The notes beneath the pieces are model-generated. The model saw only the letters and a program-made list of their open reading frames with translations. It made no database searches and was not told the origin of the DNA. Below are positions 58,954 through 64,000 of a stretch of DNA of 64,000 nt, piece by piece. The stretch's first letter is position 1; each line of letters starts with the position of its first letter. This DNA is from Minisyncoccota bacterium (GTDB lineage: Bacteria; Patescibacteriota; Minisyncoccia; Phycocordibacterales; Phycocordibacteraceae): positions 3,687 through 67,686 of the forward strand of contig DASWNF010000014.1 of the NCBI GenBank assembly GCA_036399335.1. Reading direction: 5' to 3'. The position numbers and the translations under genes were made by a program.

Positions 58954-59958
58954 TCAGGGCAGGGACTCACACGCATCCCCGTCCTTGTCTCCATCTAACC
59001 CATGTACGTCATTCCCTACCCCGCCACATGATTCATATACGCGCTGTGCTTCTGCGTGGGTGCTAAAGTCCGTGCAGTTATACGTGTTGTATGAGCAGGA
59101 GCCCGAGGATGCGGGGACAACGGGCTGCGGCTTGGGTGCGGGAGGCTGCTTCGTCACAGGCCCGTTTGCTACTGCAGAAGGTTCAGAAACAGATTTCTGG
59201 GGGACGGAACTATCACACACACCATCCGCCCAAAGGCCTGCCTTATTTGCCCTTGCAGTAATTTCTGCCTGCTTAAATGACGCCTGGTACCGGTATTCTC
59301 CGTCATACGTATATTCGTTGGCGTATCCTTCCTCAATAAGCTTCTGGGCCAGGTTTGTGCCGTCTTCTAGGAACACATAGGCTAAACGCCGCTGGTAGCG
59401 ATCATAGGTCCCTTGCGACTCATCAGTTTCTATATAGATATTCTTGCCAGATACGAGCGCCTTAGTTTGGTTGGATGCTTCGCGCCCGAAGCACTCAACT
59501 GCCTGTGTAGGATGTACCGTCTCCGGAGTATCTACACCTATAAGGCGTATGGTCTCCACGAAACCACCGATACGTACTTTTAGAGTATCTCCATCGACCA
59601 CATCAACTACTCGATAGGTAACGGCTGATCGCTCACCCTGCTCGACAGCAACCGCCTCTTCTTGAGCCTGTTCTCTATTGCCCGATGCTATCTCCGTAGC
59701 AGTTTCTCCTGTGGCAGGTATAAAGGTAAGAAATAAAAGAATCAGAACCGTTACTACTCCGCTCTTTATCCGGGAGCTTGGGGTAAAGGGGAGCTTCTTG
59801 GTAATACGCTTATATGTAAATGGCACGAGGGCAGCGCCAACAAGCAGCGCGATAAGTCCTGCCCAAGCTCCTTCAAATAGGTACGCAATGCCGATAAGAA
59901 CAAACAGCAACCCAAAACCCCATCCGGTAACAGTTTTAAGGAGATCTAATCTTTCCAC
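58954..59958 (-). CDS. membrane-anchored thermonuclease (SNase family) with C-terminal Excalibur Ca-binding domain
   Basis: Two N-terminal TM. SNase core [13 protein letters not shown]...[10 protein letters not shown]...RY..R. C-terminus [37 protein letters not shown] is an Excalibur domain. Confidence 0.85.
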   Translation of the reverse strand: MERLDLLKTVTGWGFGLLFVLIGIAYLFEGAWAGLIALLVGAALVPFTYKRITKKLPFTPSSRIKSGVVTVLILLFLTFIPATGETATEIASGNREQAQEEAVAVEQGERSAVTYRVVDVVDGDTLKVRIGGFVETIRLIGVDTPETVHPTQAVECFGREASNQTKALVSGKNIYIETDESQGTYDRYQRRLAYVFLEDGTNLAQKLIEEGYANEYTYDGEYRYQASFKQAEITARANKAGLWADGVCDSSVPQKSVSEPSAVANGPVTKQPPAPKPQPVVPASSGSCSYNTYNCTDFSTHAEAQRVYESCGGVGNDVHGLDGDKDGDACESLP

Positions 59959-60103
59959 CCAAAAAGGATAGCATTACTGGGCTCCGGAACTTTCTTAACC
60001 TAGTGCCACGTACATGGCCAAGCATCCACTGCCATCCCGACCATCATGAGGTTCTCAATGAGTGACACGAACCCTAGCGGTACCAGTCCTTATCTACGGA
60101 TAA

Positions 60104-60286
60104 CTAGCGGGGTGCGTTTAATGCCTGGGATATCAAGGACGACGAGATTTGGAGCGCCTTAATTCTGTTTTCAATTAGGGTGAGGTGCCCTTTAGTCAGG
60201 TTCACTTTCGCCTTCTCGCTTTTACTGATCAAGGAAGTTATAGCAATGAGTGCATGTTCTAACTCCTCCTTTGAAAACTTATCCAT
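60104..60286 (-). CDS. hypothetical small helical protein (60 aa)
   Basis: TGGTATAGAAT-N6-ATG upstream. Low-GC islet. Confidence 0.5.
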   Translation of the reverse strand: MDKFSKEELEHALIAITSLISKSEKAKVNLTKGHLTLIENRIKALQISSSLISQALNAPR

Positions 60287-60303
60287 AATTTAATTCTATA
60301 CCA

Positions 60304-60333
60304 GTTGCTGGGCTCTGGAGACGATGTTGGAAC
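60304..60333. repeat. conserved ~30-bp intergenic motif, copy h
   Basis: agttgctgggctctggagacgatgttggaacc. It is 4 nt from the TAG stop at 60338 and ~20 nt upstream of the 60286 start. Confidence 0.7.
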
Positions 60334-60337
60334 CATC

Positions 60338-60766
60338 CTAGAGATTGTATTTTGAAGCATCTACTTCAAGAGGTGCATGGGTGTATCCGAATTTAAGAAG
60401 TTCTTGGATGTAAACAGTTAAGAAGTTGGATATTGAACCTAATTGCTCGAACTGGTACACGTGTCTTAGTTCATGGGGTATGGAGGTTTCGTTTCCTTTA
60501 ACGATATAGATGCCATGCCCAAGAGTGAGTCCAATCATAGTTGGATTGAGTAGGCCAAGTGAGTGTGCTGCTTCTCGCAAGCCCTCATCCTCAGGCTGTG
60601 GTAGCTGTGACACTTCACAAATACGTACCTGCTCAGGATGCTGCACGCCAGCATTACGTGCAGCCTCTATTTCCTCCGGTGTAAGCACTCTCCCCTTTTC
60701 CAGAATTAAAGATGACTGACCCTCAGCCCAAGCAACTGCCTTAGGAAAAAGTGTGGCGATGTCCAT
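60338..60766 (-). CDS. putative HExxH metallopeptidase-like protein (142 aa)
   Basis: IPHELRHVYQFEQLG contains HExxH. Size and motif recall ImmA/IrrE-type or SprT-like minimal metalloproteases. TTTGCTAGAAT-N6-ATG lies upstream. Confidence 0.55.
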   Translation of the reverse strand: MDIATLFPKAVAWAEGQSSLILEKGRVLTPEEIEAARNAGVQHPEQVRICEVSQLPQPEDEGLREAAHSLGLLNPTMIGLTLGHGIYIVKGNETSIPHELRHVYQFEQLGSISNFLTVYIQELLKFGYTHAPLEVDASKYNL

Positions 60767-60784
60767 GCCATGATTCTAGCAAAT

Positions 60785-60815
60785 ATTGCTGGCAGTCTGG
60801 GAGGATGTTGGAACC
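60785..60815. repeat. conserved ~30-bp intergenic motif, copy i
   Basis: attgctggcagtctgggaggatgttggaacc. Located 19 nt upstream of the 60766 start. Confidence 0.7.
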
Positions 60816-60944
60816 AACTTCATGCATACGTCATTACCTATAGAATATAAGGGATTGCGGAAGTGCGGTTCAGCGGAAAGGATCTGGTTGCTTCTTTTCC
60901 GCTGAACCGCCACTAGGGGCGGCAGCGTTAAAAGGGATGGTCCG

Positions 60945-61697
60945 ATGTTCGGAAGAGCCCGTGAAAGAAGTAACGACGAATATTTTCAGATGAATCAGGC
61001 GAGCCTCAGCGTCCAGGCTGCTCTGGCTCCCATGATTGCAAGGATGAGCCCAGAGCAGCGGCAACGGCTTATCATTGGGAAGAAGACTTCTCTCCTGACC
61101 AGAGAACTCGAGAGCGTTTTCTTTCCCGAGTACACTGGTGAACGGGTGTGTCTCGGTTATGAGGACACGGTTACAGTACATCCTCCCGGTGATGAGTTTG
61201 ACCACTCGACCTTCTTCGGTTCTAGGGACATGTGGTCACCTGATTTAGGTGCGCGTCAAAGGGTTTGGCCCACCGAACCGGTCATTCTGGGGTATGCCGA
61301 CGTAGTCATTGAAGCTCAAGACAAGAGCATCCAGAACGAGCTGCCCGAGGGGTATGCGGTGGAGCCCTGGATGATTGCGCAGCTTGTGCGTAACCAAGAC
61401 CCTACCGAGGACGGCCCTTTGAATCGGGAGGGGGTAAACATCTTCTACGTGCATGGACTTCCTCCGGTTCGAATTTCTTGTGCCGGGGCTTGGCGTCTCA
61501 AACCTGACAGGGGCGATCCCATGGTGGGTTACTTAGGGGGGCCACGATTCCCTACAGATACCCTGGTGAGCGTGTGTTCTTTCGGAAATGACTTGGCCCG
61601 CGCCGCTTTCGGCGCGGGCTTCACATTAGTTGGCAGACTAGGTTTCGAACCAACGGGAAAAGCCGCGGCAGTGCTGCGGCTTTTGTTACGCGTGTAG
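60945..61697 (+). CDS. hypothetical protein (250 aa)
   Basis: Coherent ORF. Its C-terminal codons overlap a terminator-like hairpin (aaaagccgcggcagtgctgcggctttt). Confidence 0.5.
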   Translation: MFGRARERSNDEYFQMNQASLSVQAALAPMIARMSPEQRQRLIIGKKTSLLTRELESVFFPEYTGERVCLGYEDTVTVHPPGDEFDHSTFFGSRDMWSPDLGARQRVWPTEPVILGYADVVIEAQDKSIQNELPEGYAVEPWMIAQLVRNQDPTEDGPLNREGVNIFYVHGLPPVRISCAGAWRLKPDRGDPMVGYLGGPRFPTDTLVSVCSFGNDLARAAFGAGFTLVGRLGFEPTGKAAAVLRLLLRV

Positions 61698-61707
61698 CCC
61701 TGATGGG

Positions 61708-62520
61708 TTACTCGATCTCGTACGTGACCGTGACGGTAACGACGGACTCATTCTGGCCTTGAGGCAGGGGCACTGCCTTCTCGCTTCGTGCTGACGTCGC
61801 GTCCATCATGACTCCCCCTCCCATGCCGTATGCAGGCATCGGGTACGGCGTGCCGCTCTCGCTGAACGAGACGACATCGCCGAGGTTAACGCCGAGCTGG
61901 CGCGCGAGCATGCGTGCATTGTCGCGCGCGTCCTTGATGGCTTCACCGCGGGCTTCTTCCATGACGGCCGAGTCGTCGTCAACTTCGAAGTTAGGGCCCT
62001 GGATGTTCTGCACTCCGGCATTCCCGAGCGCTTGGAGCACTTCGCCAGCCGCGTCCGTGTTGCGGATCTTTACGGTGACCGACTGGCTCACCTGGTACGC
62101 GACGATGCGCGTATTCCCCTGGTTACAAATTGCACCCGGCACGCACGGCTGCGGCTGCGCGTACTGCGGATAGGTCTGGTAGCTTGCGGCCTGTACGTCT
62201 GCGTCTTCGATACCGAGCGCGCGGACGGCTTCGAGCGCCGTGCGGGTACGGGTGCTTGCCCGCTCCTGCGCCTCGGCGACGGTCGCTGCCGTCTCCTGGG
62301 TCGTAAAGAGCACGCGTGCGATAGTCGGCGGCGTCTGCGCCTTCCCGGTGCCGGATACGCTAATCACGTTCGGCCCTGCGTACGGCGACTTGCCCATCCG
62401 GTCGAAGGCATCGACGGTCTTCGCAAGCAAGAAGAGCGCGAGGAGGACGAGTACGGCAAAGGCGGCGTAGGCGAGGAGGCGGCCATAATCGTTCGTGAGC
62501 TTCTTTAGGGTTTCATTCAT
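61708..62520 (-). CDS. SIMPL-domain (DUF541) protein, membrane anchored
   Basis: N-terminal TM. ISVSGTGKA...QTYPQY...VTVKIRN... matches the SIMPL fold pattern. Confidence 0.7.
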   Translation of the reverse strand: MNETLKKLTNDYGRLLAYAAFAVLVLLALFLLAKTVDAFDRMGKSPYAGPNVISVSGTGKAQTPPTIARVLFTTQETAATVAEAQERASTRTRTALEAVRALGIEDADVQAASYQTYPQYAQPQPCVPGAICNQGNTRIVAYQVSQSVTVKIRNTDAAGEVLQALGNAGVQNIQGPNFEVDDDSAVMEEARGEAIKDARDNARMLARQLGVNLGDVVSFSESGTPYPMPAYGMGGGVMMDATSARSEKAVPLPQGQNESVVTVTVTYEIE

Positions 62521-62577
62521 GCAAAATTGGTTAGGCTATAGGGAAAGTGTAGCACTGGAAAAGTTATACTTACCCGC

Positions 62578-63711
62578 ATGCCTGCCCTACGTATCTTCCT
62601 CAGCCTCGCCTTCCTGGCTGCACCGTTCCTCGCATATGCGCAGGAAGCCGAGATCGACCCCGCCCAATTCGCTCCCGACCAGGAAATCAACGCCAAGGCG
62701 CGCGTCGTCAGCGTGAGTAACGAGCGCACCGTGCCCGTCCCGGGCTCAAACGTCGAGGAGAAAGAACAAACGCTTACCGTCGAAATACTGAACGGTCCGG
62801 AACAAGGGCAAACGGTGACCTTCGAAAACGACTTTACGCAGCTTGAGCCCGGGGACGTGTTCTATGCGCGGCACCTCATAAGCCCTGACGGGTCAGAGAT
62901 GTGGTCGGTATCGGAGCCTTACCGCCTGCATGTCCTCGGCGCGCTTCTCGCAGCCTTCCTTGTCCTACTCTTCCTCTTCGGCGGGCTCCAGGGGATACGG
63001 GGGCTCGCGAGCCTCATCGGCAGCCTCTTCCTCATCTTTTACCTACTCCTTCCGGGGATTTACGGCGGCCACTCCCCCATCCTCATCTCCATAGGCGTAT
63101 CCTCGCTCATCATCATCGCAGGGTCGTACGTCACCCACGGCTTCAACCGCGCGACCTCGTCGGCCGTCCTCGGCATGATCGCAACCGTCATTGTCACCGG
63201 TCTTGCAGCGTATTGGGCCGTTAACGCAGGGAGCTTGTCCGGCTTCACGACCGAAACGAACGTCTACCTTAACTTCAATACCGAAGGCCGTATCAGCATG
63301 GTCGGCCTCTTGTTCGGCGGGATTATCATCGGGCTTCTCGGCGTCCTGTATGACATAGCGATAGGCCAGGCCGTTGCCGTTGATGAGCTCTACCGCGCAG
63401 CGCCGCACCTCTCAAGGGTTGAGGCATACCGCCGCGGGCTCCGCATCGGGCGTGAACACATCGGGGCGCTCGTGAATACCCTCGCCATCGCCTACGTCGG
63501 CGCCTCCCTTCCGCTCCTCTTGCTGCTCCAACAGTCGACGTCGGGCGCGGCGTACATCGTGAACGGCGAGCTCTTTGCGACCGAGATCGTCCGCATCCTC
63601 ATCGGTAGCATCGGCCTTATCTTGGCCGTACCCTTGACGACCCTTATCGCATCGCGCATGCTCTACGGTATTGAATCGCGGGAACCTGTTTCTGCCCACA
63701 CCCACGCCTGA
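62578..63711 (+). CDS. YibE/F family membrane protein
   Basis: Signal/TM N-terminus, periplasmic beta domain, then 7-8 TM with Gly-rich helices typical of PF07907. Confidence 0.75.
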   Translation: MPALRIFLSLAFLAAPFLAYAQEAEIDPAQFAPDQEINAKARVVSVSNERTVPVPGSNVEEKEQTLTVEILNGPEQGQTVTFENDFTQLEPGDVFYARHLISPDGSEMWSVSEPYRLHVLGALLAAFLVLLFLFGGLQGIRGLASLIGSLFLIFYLLLPGIYGGHSPILISIGVSSLIIIAGSYVTHGFNRATSSAVLGMIATVIVTGLAAYWAVNAGSLSGFTTETNVYLNFNTEGRISMVGLLFGGIIIGLLGVLYDIAIGQAVAVDELYRAAPHLSRVEAYRRGLRIGREHIGALVNTLAIAYVGASLPLLLLLQQSTSGAAYIVNGELFATEIVRILIGSIGLILAVPLTTLIASRMLYGIESREPVSAHTHA

Positions 63712-63742
63712 GCGCACCCCATTATCCCCGTTAACGTATTCC

Positions 63743-64000
63743 CATGACTGAAACCTATCTCTTTGCCTTCGGCAGCGTCCTTCTCGTAAGCCTCCTCTCC
63801 CTCGTGGGGGCGGTTACCTTGTCGATGAACGTCGACCGCCTAAGGAAGGGCCTCTTCGTGCTTGTTTCGCTTGCCGTCGGCGCGCTCCTGGGCGACGCCT
63901 TCCTCCACCTCATCCCCGAGGCCTTCGAGGCGGCAGCGGATCCTGTCGTAGTTTCGCTCGGCATCGTCGGCGGCGTGCTCTTCTTCTTCGTCATTGAAAA
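63743..64000 (+). CDS. ZIP-family metal transporter, N-terminal fragment running off the window
   Basis: [24 protein letters not shown]...LAVGALLGDAFLHLIPEAFE resembles the ZupT N-terminus. No stop before the window end. Confidence 0.5.

Noticed and set aside
61600-61700. tRNA-like T-arm sequence (ggtttcgaacc) near the end of the 60945..61697 ORF
   Set aside because: No matching acceptor stem, D-arm or anticodon arm could be built around it. It lies within a coding region, and the adjacent hairpin is better explained as a terminator overlapping the C-terminal codons.

Overview
High-GC bacterial chromosome segment (~60% GC) with compact gene packing. Overlapping stop/start codons are frequent and strong Shine-Dalgarno sequences are rare. 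The gene content is consistent with a Candidate Phyla Radiation / Parcubacteria-like genome (inference): a 5S-23S rRNA pair with ORF-less insertions in the 23S, no adjacent 16S, and rplK and rplJL both present but no rplA (L1) anywhere in the window. The backbone is housekeeping. It includes secDF, folD, a WbaP-like sugar transferase plus a GT4 glycosyltransferase, ftsW/rodA-like, rplJL, ftsK, recA, an ECF sigma factor, efp, rpsF-ssb-rpsR, tatD, metG, glyQS, glmS, recO, ileS, argS, rdgB, a glyA-thyA-dcd-folA-MTHFS thymidylate/folate cluster, two CofE-like ligases flanking a YhhQ transporter, secE-nusG-rplK, a membrane-anchored SNase with an Excalibur domain, and SIMPL and YibE/F proteins. Two lower-GC accessory islets (about 22.3-29.3 kb and 58.9-61.0 kb) carry many small, mostly unknown genes: a divergent macro domain, two NDT-like proteins, an SDR, an HD domain, small membrane proteins and an HExxH protein. 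These genes share a conserved ~30-bp intergenic motif that abuts the upstream stop codon and sits 15-60 bp upstream of a TGnTAGAAT-type extended -10 and a leaderless ATG (9 copies plus one partial). Other notable items are an ileS with an embedded histidine-phosphatase (PGAM-like) domain, tandem paralogous secreted peptidoglycan-binding proteins with long acidic tracts, and an L7/L12 with an N-terminal acidic extension. All calls rest on reading the sequence and on family-level knowledge; no database search was run.
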